Shown here piece by piece: positions 10,446 to 19,310 of a DNA stretch of 64,000 bases. Positions within the stretch are counted from its first letter, which is position 1. Each line of letters starts with the position of its first letter. The position numbers were made by a program, and so were the translations under genes. Source of the stretch: Candidatus Bathyarchaeota archaeon (lineage in GTDB: Archaea > Thermoproteota > Bathyarchaeia > Bathyarchaeales > Bathycorpusculaceae); assembly GCA_963827165.1 (NCBI GenBank), contig CAWGZR010000009.1, forward strand, positions 32,001 to 96,000. The letters are read 5' to 3'. The notes beneath the pieces are model-generated. The model was given only the letters and a program-made list of their open reading frames with translations, did not search any database and was not told the origin of the DNA.

Positions 10446-10895
10446 ATGCTACAGGGGCTTTTGAAAATGTGGATGCTAAAAATAATTTCGAAAAAGGAAG
10501 TTAGTGGTTACGAAATTATCAAGAAAGTAGACGAGTTAACGGGGAAAAAACCCAGCACAGGGTCGGTCTATCCTTTGCTGAAGTCAATGCAGAACGAGGG
10601 TTGGATAATTGGGAAAAACCTTGGCCTAAAAACCATTTACCGGATCACTGATTCAGGCAAGAAAGTTCTGCAAGCACATAAAAACTTGAAAGACGACTAT
10701 GCACAGAAAATCAGCAGGTCTTATTATCTTGCTCAAGATACATTTACAGATTTACATCTTGTTCTCAGTCATGATAGAGATTTGATTAATCCGCTCATAA
10801 CTGAAGTATCTAAGTTGCTTGCAAACGGGATTCAACCCCAAAAAATCGAAGGGATACTTGGAAAGACAATGAATGAGTTGGAAAAACTAGAATAA
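10446..10895 (+). CDS. PadR family regulator
   Basis: SGYEII, PSTGSVYPLL, YRITDSG. Confidence 0.9.
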   Translation: MLQGLLKMWMLKIISKKEVSGYEIIKKVDELTGKKPSTGSVYPLLKSMQNEGWIIGKNLGLKTIYRITDSGKKVLQAHKNLKDDYAQKISRSYYLAQDTFTDLHLVLSHDRDLINPLITEVSKLLANGIQPQKIEGILGKTMNELEKLE

Positions 10896-10906
10896 CGTGA
10901 TAATGC

Positions 10907-11872
10907 ATGGGTGAACCAATAATATCGGTTGAAGGACTCTGCTGCAACTACGGTAAACTCGTTGCTGTGGACGATATCAGCTTCAGCGTAGAAAAGGGAC
11001 AGATATTTTCGTTTCTAGGACCAAACGGCGCTGGAAAAACAACCACAATTAATTTGCTAATTACGTTGATACCGATACAGAAAGGCAAGGTAACAATCGC
11101 AGGGTTTGACGTAACAAAAGACAAGGATAGCGTTCGAAGATCCATAGGCGTTGTTTTTCAGGATCAAAGGCTCGATAGAGACCTCACAGTTTGGGAAACA
11201 CTGGATTTTCATGGAAGACTATACAACCTTCCAAAAACTATCAGAGGCCCTCGAATAGATGAACTCATTGAGCTGGTCGAACTGACGGATAAGAGAAATG
11301 AGTTTGCTAAGAACCTCAGCGGCGGTATGAAACGTCGTCTAGAAATTGCCAGGGGTCTTTTGACCAGACCAAAAATTTTGTTTCTCGACGAACCAACAAT
11401 AGGGTTAGACACCCAAACAAGAAGGCGAATTTGGTCATACATAAAGAAAGTGAAAACTGAAGGCGTCACAATATTCCTCACCACTCATTACATGGATGAA
11501 GCAGACCAAAACAGCGACGCCATTTGCATAATTGATAAAGGAAAGATAATAGCAAACGGTTCATCCGAGAGCCTGAAAAAATCTCTGGGACAAGCTCAAA
11601 TCCATCTTCAAACGGATGATGACGAAAAAGCCACCCGACTAATCAAAGAAGTACTTGACATAAACCAAATTAGAAGCTCGCCTGAAGGCCTAACTCTTCA
11701 GATAAAAGAGAACACACATCTGATACCGAAACTAATTGACATCCTAAGAAGCGGAGGCGTTGAAATAAGAAGCGTCAATCTAATAAAGCCCACTTTGGAC
11801 GACGTTTTTATTCATTTCACGGGTAGGGGATTGGGCGACACTATCCAAGAAGGCCATGGACCAAAACATTAA
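10907..11872 (+). CDS. ABC-2 exporter ATP-binding protein (DrrA-like)
   Basis: GPNGAGKT, LSGGMKRR, LDEPT, TTHYMDEA. Confidence 0.92.
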   Translation: MGEPIISVEGLCCNYGKLVAVDDISFSVEKGQIFSFLGPNGAGKTTTINLLITLIPIQKGKVTIAGFDVTKDKDSVRRSIGVVFQDQRLDRDLTVWETLDFHGRLYNLPKTIRGPRIDELIELVELTDKRNEFAKNLSGGMKRRLEIARGLLTRPKILFLDEPTIGLDTQTRRRIWSYIKKVKTEGVTIFLTTHYMDEADQNSDAICIIDKGKIIANGSSESLKKSLGQAQIHLQTDDDEKATRLIKEVLDINQIRSSPEGLTLQIKENTHLIPKLIDILRSGGVEIRSVNLIKPTLDDVFIHFTGRGLGDTIQEGHGPKH

Positions 11873-11894
11873 CTGTAAAAGAGAAGGGTGCTTC

Positions 11895-12731
11895 ATGGAA
11901 AACGGCTTTGTTGCAATTTATTGGCGAGACATGACTAAATTCTTTCGTTCAAAGGCTCTTCTTTTTTCTGCTCTTATTCAGCCAGTGCTTTGGCTAGTTC
12001 TTTACGGAATCTCGATGTCAAGCAACATCAACCTGTTCTTTCCTAGTGGGTCTAACCCACCGGGCGTAGTTTCTGCGAATTACATGACGTTCATGGCGGC
12101 TGGAGTGGTAGGCATGACTATTCTCTTTACTTGCCTTTATGCGGGGCAGAATGTTCAATTCGACAAACAGTATGGGCTGATGAAGTTAATTGTGGTTTCC
12201 CCTATGCCTCGCTCGCAAATACTTTTAGGGGTGACTTTAGGTGGTATTACAAAAGCATTGATCCAAACAGCTATTGTAATCGCGTTTGGGTATGTTCTCG
12301 GAGTTCATTTCTTCTTGGGCTTGACGATTATAGGTGTCCTAATGGCAATTGCAGGGGTGTTATTGTTTGTGGTGCTGTTTTCGATGGGCTTGATGTTTCT
12401 TTCAACTGCTATCGCCATGAAAGTAAGGGACCATAATGTTAGTCAAGCCGTTATAACTCTTTTAACACTGCCGCTTTTTTTTGCGAGCAATGCTCTTTAT
12501 CCGCTGGATTCGATGCCGACAGCAATAAAAATTGCAAGCGACCTCAACCCTCTTACGCACTTCATTAATGGTATGCGTTATTTTGGAATAGGCTCAGATT
12601 TCTACTCTTTTGGGGTTCACTACTCCACTTCGCCTGAGACGCTTCTTACCTCATTTGCATTTCTCGCGGGATTCACCCTCATCATGTTTTTGGCAGCGGT
12701 AAGGGCGTTTGAGACAACAAAAGAATTCTGA
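11895..12731 (+). CDS. ABC-2 exporter permease
   Basis: Six-TM pattern with QPVLW, SNALYP and NPLTH. ATG 11895 preferred over 11856. Confidence 0.88.
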   Translation: MENGFVAIYWRDMTKFFRSKALLFSALIQPVLWLVLYGISMSSNINLFFPSGSNPPGVVSANYMTFMAAGVVGMTILFTCLYAGQNVQFDKQYGLMKLIVVSPMPRSQILLGVTLGGITKALIQTAIVIAFGYVLGVHFFLGLTIIGVLMAIAGVLLFVVLFSMGLMFLSTAIAMKVRDHNVSQAVITLLTLPLFFASNALYPLDSMPTAIKIASDLNPLTHFINGMRYFGIGSDFYSFGVHYSTSPETLLTSFAFLAGFTLIMFLAAVRAFETTKEF

Positions 12732-12845
12732 GGAAAGCTGACAAAAAAGGATGCGTACGCGCAAAAACTGGAAGAGCATAGTTGAACGAGCAAACATTTA
12801 TTAGAATAATAAGCTAACAACCGTTAAGAAAAGAAGGTAAATTTA

Positions 12846-13514
12846 GTGAAAGTTGTTGCCTCTTGGAGCGGTGGAAAAGACGGTTGTTTTGCAGTTTACA
12901 AAGCGATCAAACAAGGTTTTGACGTTTCAAACTTGTTAACTCTCATGTCAAGCGATGGAAAATCAAATTTTCACATGTTACCCCCAGAAATGTTAGCTGC
13001 TCAATCTGAAGCAGTCGGCATAAAATTGGTTACGTGGAGAACAACCGCAAACACCTACGAAGAAGAATTCAAGAAGGCGTTGCTTCAAATGAAAGCCACA
13101 GGTGCTAAAGGCTTGATTACAGGCGACATTTACGAAGTCGCACAGCACGAAGAGGGTTGGTTAGAACGGATTTGCAAAGAAGTAGGATTAGAACCTGTTA
13201 AGCCACTTTGGCTTTGCGACACAAAAAAACTTCTACGAGAATTTGTAGACATAGGTTTTAACGCTACAGTAGTCAAAGTAAACACCAAAGCATTGAGCGT
13301 AGAGTGGCTGGGAAGAGAACTAAACAACAAGTTCTACGATGACATAACCAAAATAAAAAATGTGGACCCATGCGGAGAAGGCGGCGAATACCACACATGC
13401 ATTACAGATGGTCCGATATTTAGGAAACGCATAAGACTCCTTGAAACAGAAAAGACCACACAAGGTGATTTCAGCTTCCTAAGCATTAAGCAATTCAAAA
13501 CTTTAGCCAAATAG
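12846..13514 (+). CDS. DUF71/COG2102 PP-loop ATPase (diphthine-ammonia ligase family)
   Basis: SWSGGKDG PP-loop, ITGDI, PLW, DPCGEGGEYHT. Confidence 0.88.
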   Translation: MKVVASWSGGKDGCFAVYKAIKQGFDVSNLLTLMSSDGKSNFHMLPPEMLAAQSEAVGIKLVTWRTTANTYEEEFKKALLQMKATGAKGLITGDIYEVAQHEEGWLERICKEVGLEPVKPLWLCDTKKLLREFVDIGFNATVVKVNTKALSVEWLGRELNNKFYDDITKIKNVDPCGEGGEYHTCITDGPIFRKRIRLLETEKTTQGDFSFLSIKQFKTLAK

Positions 13515-13628
13515 ACACAACTTCGGATTTCTAGTTCGCACTTACATTACATTAAACGTTAGAAAAAATTGGAGTATCAAAATTAACTCGAGAAGCCTTG
13601 AAAAATGAAAATGCTCAGGGTATGCTGA

Positions 13629-13757
13629 ATGAACGAAAGAGTTGACGCAAGATTAGTTGCATGTTGTGGAATCGATAAATTTTGCACAACAAAAATTGAA
13701 CAGAGTTTGAACAATTTGCGGAATACGCTAAGCTTCAATGGGTTACAAGCAGGTTAA
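13629..13757 (+). pseudogene. Possible internally deleted DUF3795-like relic (42 aa)
   Basis: MNERVDARLVACCGID...SLNNLRN resembles the two ends of that family; the central Cys motifs are missing. Confidence 0.3.
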
Positions 13758-13815
13758 GCATTAACTCAGCATTTGGGCAACTGCTATTGTAAAATCCGAG
13801 TTTCACGTCAATCAT

Positions 13816-14255
13816 TTAAACAACGAATTTGGCTTGAGGGTTTCCGATTTCGATTTCGTTTCCCAAAGCACCCAACGCCTTTTCCTCAAGTATTTCAGCA
13901 ATCCGATCATCGCAACCTAAAGGTTCACCATAAAAAAGCTCGATACCGCGCGCTCTCAGATGAAGCTCCTGCTCCTTTAAATCAATCAACTCAGGAATAT
14001 CATTCATCGTCTGCACCCCAGCAGCCAAAAAAGCAGGAACCAACACGATCTTTGACACACCCTGACTAGCGAGCGCATATATTGCCTCAGCAACAGTTGG
14101 AATATCCCTAATCATAAACCCAACCTCAACAATCTTAAACTAGATCGTTTGTGCAAAATATTAGCTAACTTTTCCAAGTTCACTCTGTTATAAGGCAGCT
14201 TACTCCCATGACCAACCAGAATCAAACCAACATCATCCAACACAACATTTTTCAA
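13816..14255 (-). pseudogene. cbiX: Second, stand-alone short CbiX chelatase, frameshifted
   Basis: Upstream frame gives VGLILVGHGSKLPYNRVNLEKLANILHKRS. One base is missing at about 14137-14140 before FKIVEVGFMIRD. Collinear with the CbiX domain at 25369, but GVHT has become GVQT. Confidence 0.85.
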
Positions 14256-14381
14256 ACCAGATTCCCCCCCCCCGTTTCTGCAAACAACCATACAGACAAC
14301 TCATTAGCAAATCTCCACTTTTAGCCGACTAAAATATTAGCTTATACAGAGACAGATTAGTTATGTAACGTGTCAACTTAT

Positions 14382-14567
14382 TCAGCGCCTATTTTGTTTT
14401 TCCTTTTTTGTTCTTCTTGTGCCTTCTACTAAGATAATTATGGCAGCTAAAATTAGCAATGCACCTGCTATTATCCATGGAATAGTTCCTGCAGACGCAA
14501 TCTCAAAACCTATGATTCCTATTATGAAGGCGATTGGGAATTCTAATTTTTTGAGAATGTCGTTCAT
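14382..14567 (-). CDS. Small two-TM membrane protein
   Basis: 61 aa with two hydrophobic segments and a basic tail. Confidence 0.6.
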   Translation of the reverse strand: MNDILKKLEFPIAFIIGIIGFEIASAGTIPWIIAGALLILAAIIILVEGTRRTKKEKQNRR

Positions 14568-14629
14568 GGCAAAACTTCAAGTTATGTTAATTGACAAAAA
14601 AAGAGGTGTATTAAGAGGTTTAGTTGAGT

Positions 14630-15493
14630 TCAAGTATGGATTTCGCGCGCGCAATCTTTCTCTTCAAGGAGGCCTACTATGGTTTTTCTGGCTTCACCTA
14701 TGGTAAGAGGGTAACGCTCGTTTGTTATTACATTATTTTCCTTGCTTAGAATTTCGAACAGGTGTGTAATTCGAGGTAGACGTAGATCCATACCTCTGAT
14801 TAAGTCTGCTTGCGAAAAAATCTCGGCAGGTGACCCTTGTAGAACGACTTGACCTTTCTTGAGAATACATATTTTATTGGCAAAAAGTGGAACCAAATCC
14901 AAATCATGAGTTGCAATTATCAAAGTTATCCCCATTTCCTTGTTCAGCTGAAGCAGAAGTTTTAGGACTTTACTAGTCGTTCTAGGGTCTAGATTAGCCA
15001 TAGGTTCATCCAATATTATGATTTCAGGTTTCATCGCAAGCACTCCGGCAATGGCAGCCCGCCTTTTTTGCCCAGTGCTCAAGTTCTGTGTGCCCTTATG
15101 ATCTAACTCTGTGATTTCTGTGGCTTCCAAAGCCCATTTCACGCGTGCTTTAACTTCTTCAATTGGCAAGCCCAAGTTTATGGGTCCAAAAGCAACATCC
15201 TCGCCTACAGTTCGCGCAAATAATTGATCATCTGGATCTTGGAAAACCAAGCCCACTTTTTGCCGTACCCAATCAAGATTGTCGTTAACTACTTCTTTAC
15301 CTAGTACGACAACTTTTCCTGAAGTTGGCATTAGCAACCCGTTGAAATGATGAATCAGAGTAGATTTACCGGCACCATTAGGACCAAGGATAGCCATGTT
15401 TTCCCCTTTTTCCACAGCGAAGTTAAGGCTGTTAAGAGCTTTTGTACCATCATGATATGTGTATTCAAGATTAATTGTTTCAACTGCTTTCAA
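14630..15493 (-). CDS. cbiO: Cobalt ECF transporter ATPase
   Basis: GPNGAGKS, FQDPDDQLF, LSTGQKRR, LDEP. Confidence 0.9.
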   Translation of the reverse strand: MKAVETINLEYTYHDGTKALNSLNFAVEKGENMAILGPNGAGKSTLIHHFNGLLMPTSGKVVVLGKEVVNDNLDWVRQKVGLVFQDPDDQLFARTVGEDVAFGPINLGLPIEEVKARVKWALEATEITELDHKGTQNLSTGQKRRAAIAGVLAMKPEIIILDEPMANLDPRTTSKVLKLLLQLNKEMGITLIIATHDLDLVPLFANKICILKKGQVVLQGSPAEIFSQADLIRGMDLRLPRITHLFEILSKENNVITNERYPLTIGEARKTIVGLLEEKDCAREIHT

Positions 15494-15524
15494 TCTTTAT
15501 CTTTCTCCTAAATGTCTTCCATAA

Positions 15525-16343
15525 CTAAAAAAATATTCCATAATGAACGGTTCGAAGGACAAACATGTCAACAAGAACCATGCCGACGCAAACAGCTATG
15601 ACCAATACGCCAATAAAGGTATCGAGTTTTGGCAGTTTCTTTTTTTCCAAAGTGAACAAATTATATTTTCCCGTGTAACCTCTTGAAATCATTGCGTTTC
15701 CCACTTTTTCCGACCTTTCGAAGGCTCTTACCAGAAGTGAACCGGCAATATTGCCGATGTTAGTCAACTTACTGAAGTAACCCACGGACTTTGAGTGACC
15801 ACACCTTGACGCCTGCGCCCGATACATGCGTAGGCTTTCGTCAGAGAGTACACCGATGTACCTGAACATTATCATCATCGTGTCGATTATTACGCCGGGA
15901 ACACGGAACCACGCAAGTGAATCCATGGTAGAAGAGATTGGTGTAACCAGTATGAGTAAATTTAGGACGGAAACAGCAGAAATGGCCCGCGTGAATACTA
16001 ATACGCCAAAGTAGATTCCTTGAGAATATACTGGAATCGTTAATAGTGGAACTCTGGCTATTATTGTTGTGCCGTAAGTGAAGGGCATAATAATGCCGAT
16101 GAATGCTATCATGGCGAGTGGAATCAATAATCTGTCAATATAAACTTTGATTTTTGCTCTTGAATATACGACTAATCCAAAGCATGCTCCAAAAAAAAGG
16201 AGAGGGACATACCAATGGCTAAGGGCGACGATACAGAAGATTGCAGTTATGGCGCATAGCAATTTTATTCTTGTATCTAATCTATGTAAGGCTGAGTTTC
16301 CTTCAGTGTATTCTTCAAGGTTCAGATGTTCCACTAAAGACAT
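15525..16343 (-). CDS. cbiQ: Cobalt ECF transporter T component
   Basis: LHRLDTRIK, MFRYI, QASR, AMISRGY. Confidence 0.9.
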   Translation of the reverse strand: MSLVEHLNLEEYTEGNSALHRLDTRIKLLCAITAIFCIVALSHWYVPLLFFGACFGLVVYSRAKIKVYIDRLLIPLAMIAFIGIIMPFTYGTTIIARVPLLTIPVYSQGIYFGVLVFTRAISAVSVLNLLILVTPISSTMDSLAWFRVPGVIIDTMMIMFRYIGVLSDESLRMYRAQASRCGHSKSVGYFSKLTNIGNIAGSLLVRAFERSEKVGNAMISRGYTGKYNLFTLEKKKLPKLDTFIGVLVIAVCVGMVLVDMFVLRTVHYGIFF

Positions 16344-16346
16344 TAC

Positions 16347-16481
16347 TTAATTCACCTTTTGTTTCATTTTCCTTAGCTGCATTTTACGGCCTATCATTGT
16401 GAAAATAAAGAAACCCGATATGGTTCCTATTCCATTGATCGGATCTCCCGTAAGAAAAGGCAATATGGCCAAGATAATCAT
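16347..16481 (-). CDS. Uncalled 44-aa membrane peptide inside the cbiMNQO operon
   Basis: MIILAILPFLTGDPINGIGTISGFFIFTMIGRKMQLRKMKQKVN; GGAGG upstream; fills the N-Q gap. Confidence 0.6.
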   Translation of the reverse strand: MIILAILPFLTGDPINGIGTISGFFIFTMIGRKMQLRKMKQKVN

Positions 16482-16490
16482 TTTTAGTCT

Positions 16491-16790
16491 TTACCTCCCT
16501 TCCCGTGTTTTACCGAATATTGTGGGGTAGATATAGCCTCCTATTAAGCCTCCACAGCATCCCACTACAGTGAAGCCAACGTTTTCGCCGGTGTTTCCCC
16601 AATATTCGATGGTGAATGGATTGTAATACACTGTGCCGGTGCTGCCAGCTTTTGCGTTTACAGAGCCATCTGTCGAAGGTAATTGTGATGGTGCGCCGTC
16701 AATGTAATAATAACTTACGTACGCCATTATAACTAGAGCCGTAATGCATGCAATAAGGCAAATTATTGCGATTCTATTGAACTTGTCCAT
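16491..16790 (-). CDS. cbiN: Cobalt ECF accessory subunit (CbiN-like)
   Basis: Two TM helices with a TDG...YNPF...GEN loop and GGYI; directly after cbiM. Confidence 0.7.
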   Translation of the reverse strand: MDKFNRIAIICLIACITALVIMAYVSYYYIDGAPSQLPSTDGSVNAKAGSTGTVYYNPFTIEYWGNTGENVGFTVVGCCGGLIGGYIYPTIFGKTREGR

Positions 16791-17465
16791 TTAGCTCTTC
16801 ACCTCTGTTGTTGGCGGTTTTACCATCCACCATTTTAGTAGTTCAGGTCTATGGTTTGCTATGTACTGGATAGCTGCAGCCGTGAAGCCAAACTCCAAGA
16901 TTGCTAGCGGAATCTGAGTGGGCAAGTAACCAACCATGAATATGCCCCACCATGTAAACAAGTTGTTTGGGTGAAGTCCGATTGCAAGTTCAAAAGCTGC
17001 CGTAACGTATGTCATGAGGTCGCCTACTATGCCGCCGGTGCCTGCTGCGATCCAAAGTGGAGCTTTTAGTTTGTAGAGAAGAATAAAAATGCCGAAGCCT
17101 GTGAATGTTCCTACGATTCCCATGGACATGTCGTTTGCGCCGATGGTTGTTATTCCGCCGTGTCCGACGAATGTTTGGAAGAACAGGGCGATTGCCGATA
17201 TGACGGTTACTGGGAACGGTCCGATTAACATTGCTGCCATTGGTGTTCCGACGGGGTGTGAGCATGAACCTGTGACGGGAACTGGGATGTGCCAAACGGA
17301 TATTACGAAAACTGCTGCGCCCATTAAGCCGACTAAGGACATGTATTTCGGATCAGCTTTGCGTTTTCTAGATATCTGGATAGCTCCTACGGCTACGAAA
17401 ACTGCTGCTAATAAGTACCAAAATATGCACCATTCGGGTGACAATATTCCATCTGCTATATGCAT
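16791..17465 (-). CDS. cbiM: Cobalt ECF S component
   Basis: MHIADG, PVTGSCSHPVG, HGGITTIGAN, PTQIPLAILE. Confidence 0.92.
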   Translation of the reverse strand: MHIADGILSPEWCIFWYLLAAVFVAVGAIQISRKRKADPKYMSLVGLMGAAVFVISVWHIPVPVTGSCSHPVGTPMAAMLIGPFPVTVISAIALFFQTFVGHGGITTIGANDMSMGIVGTFTGFGIFILLYKLKAPLWIAAGTGGIVGDLMTYVTAAFELAIGLHPNNLFTWWGIFMVGYLPTQIPLAILEFGFTAAAIQYIANHRPELLKWWMVKPPTTEVKS

Positions 17466-17484
17466 GTTGTTTTTTCCCTCTCCT

Positions 17485-17504
17485 GTTGGATGGATAATCC
17501 AACC
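17485..17504. promoter_or_regulatory. Candidate operator, copy 1 (cbiM / regulator divergon)
   Basis: GTTGGAT-ggata-ATCCAAC palindrome between the TTTATAAA box (17511-17518) and the cbiM RBS; 17/20 identical to 26699-26718. Confidence 0.7.
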
Positions 17505-17557
17505 TGAAAGTTTATAAATTCTCGCTTAACTTAAGGTTAAGCTCAGGTTGAATTAAA

Positions 17558-18385
17558 TTGCGAAAGTCATCCGTTCCACTTCTCCTTCGGAGCAAAAGCG
17601 AATTCACTAGGTTCGAAATTCTTCTGGCGATCATGCGCGGTCAACCTCACGTTAAACAAAAGGATATAAGCGAAACGCTTGGAGTCACTATTCAAGCTGT
17701 CTCAAAATACTTCAAAAACCTCAAGAAAGAAGGCTACCTTGAAACTGGCTCAGAACGGGCAGATTATAGGCTGACACAGAAAGCGATCTCAGGAATACAG
17801 GCGGATTTGAAGAGCCTAGAGGGGTACATTATCTCAATTAAAGGTGAAATGAAATTTGAACGATCCATGCCGGCCATAGCGACGCGGCAGGTAAAAACAG
17901 GAGACGAAGTTGGCTTAGTTATGAAAGGAGGCGTCATTTATACCGTCGCCCCGGATGGCTCTGAAGCAAAAGGTACTGCAATGGAAGATGCCTCGCCTGG
18001 AGAAGACTTGGAACTAAAAAATTTACAGGGCAAATTGAAAGTTAAAGAAGGAAGAATTCTTATTGTAAAGTTACCAAGCATCAGAAAGGGTGGTTCACGA
18101 GTAGTTGACCTTGATAAAATCAAGGAATTCTACGATGAGTTCAAGCCTGACCGAGTTGGCGTAATGGGAGCAGTTGGAAGAGCCGTTTTAAACAAGCTAG
18201 GTCTTAAGGCAGATATCGAGTTTGGAATTAGCCGTGCTGCAGCAATAGCCGCTTCAAGGGGCTTAAATGTGCTCGTGCTGGTTGTTGGTAGGATGGCTAA
18301 CCGAATGACGGAAGAAATCGAAAATTTAAACATGAAAAGTGCAACCAACATATGCTATGAAATACGTGATGCAAAAAGCATCTAA
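17558..18385 (+). CDS. Archaeal winged-HTH regulator (COG1497-like) with a C-terminal putative sensing domain
   Basis: LRSKSEFTRFEIL...QPHVKQKDISETLGVTIQAVSKY HTH; C-terminal AASRGL motif. Confidence 0.75.
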   Translation: MRKSSVPLLLRSKSEFTRFEILLAIMRGQPHVKQKDISETLGVTIQAVSKYFKNLKKEGYLETGSERADYRLTQKAISGIQADLKSLEGYIISIKGEMKFERSMPAIATRQVKTGDEVGLVMKGGVIYTVAPDGSEAKGTAMEDASPGEDLELKNLQGKLKVKEGRILIVKLPSIRKGGSRVVDLDKIKEFYDEFKPDRVGVMGAVGRAVLNKLGLKADIEFGISRAAAIAASRGLNVLVLVVGRMANRMTEEIENLNMKSATNICYEIRDAKSI

Positions 18386-18578
18386 AACCATTTACACCCG
18401 AAAGCAATGTTTCAACTCACATTATGAGCAAATAGAGCAAAAAAGCAAGAGAGAAGTATTGCACAATTTGATTTCATTTGCCTTTTTGTGCACAACTTGT
18501 TGACGACAAATTTGTGGCTAACATGGAAAATGCAACAAATTCGCAAAAAACAGAGTAATGCGTACTTCTAAAAGGCGA

Positions 18579-19310
18579 CTACTGCTCGAGGTCATAACCT
18601 CGAGGTGTTACCATCTGGCGGTTCACTATTTTTGTGGTCGAATTACCTACGATAATGGTGGTTGCCATGTCTACGTTTTTAAGTATCAACTCTTTGAGCG
18701 AAGTTATGGTTGTCTCTTCACCGTTTCTTCCTGCTTGTTTCACAATCCCCACCGGAGTGCTTGGCTTTCTGTATTCGAGTAGGATTTCGTGAGCTTTAGC
18801 CAATGGTTTTTTGCGGCCTAAACTTTGAGGGTTGTACAGGACAATAACGAAGTCTGCCTCCGCCGCAGCCTTTAACCGTTTTTCAATTAGATCCCATGGC
18901 GTCAGAAGGTCGCTAAGACTAATTACTGCAAAATCTGTCACTAATGGCGCACCCAATTTAGATGCTGCAGCAGTCGCCGCTGTTACCCCTGGAATAATCT
19001 CTATAGGAACATCAGCTTTCTCAAACGCAGCGGTTTCCAATACCACGCCTGCCATACCGTAAACTCCCGGGTCACCACTGCTGACGACCACCACCAATTT
19101 GTCTTCCAAAGCTTTTGCAACGGATGTTTTGGCACGATCCACTTCTCGCCCCATGGTGCCAGAAATGACCTCTACGCCGGGTTTGATTATGTTTTGAATG
19201 AGTTCTATGTAGGTTTTGTAGCCTACGACGACGTCTGCGTCCTCGATGGCTTTTCGGGCTTTAGGCGTCATCTGCTCGACAGCGCCGGGTCCGATTCCGA
19301 CGACGCTTAT
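18579..19310 (-). CDS. cbiH: Cobalt-factor III C17-methyltransferase
   Basis: VVGYKTY, SSGDPGVYGMA, ISLSDLLTPW, LYNP, TPRGY. The SAM motif SVVGIGPG lies upstream of ATG 19271, implying a start at ATA 19310. Confidence 0.92.
   Translation of the reverse strand: MSVVGIGPGAVEQMTPKARKAIEDADVVVGYKTYIELIQNIIKPGVEVISGTMGREVDRAKTSVAKALEDKLVVVVSSGDPGVYGMAGVVLETAAFEKADVPIEIIPGVTAATAAASKLGAPLVTDFAVISLSDLLTPWDLIEKRLKAAAEADFVIVLYNPQSLGRKKPLAKAHEILLEYRKPSTPVGIVKQAGRNGEETTITSLKELILKNVDMATTIIVGNSTTKIVNRQMVTPRGYDLEQ

Noticed and set aside
17466-17557. Cobalamin riboswitch upstream of cbiM or hemA
   Set aside because: The leaders are too short and no B12 box is recognisable.
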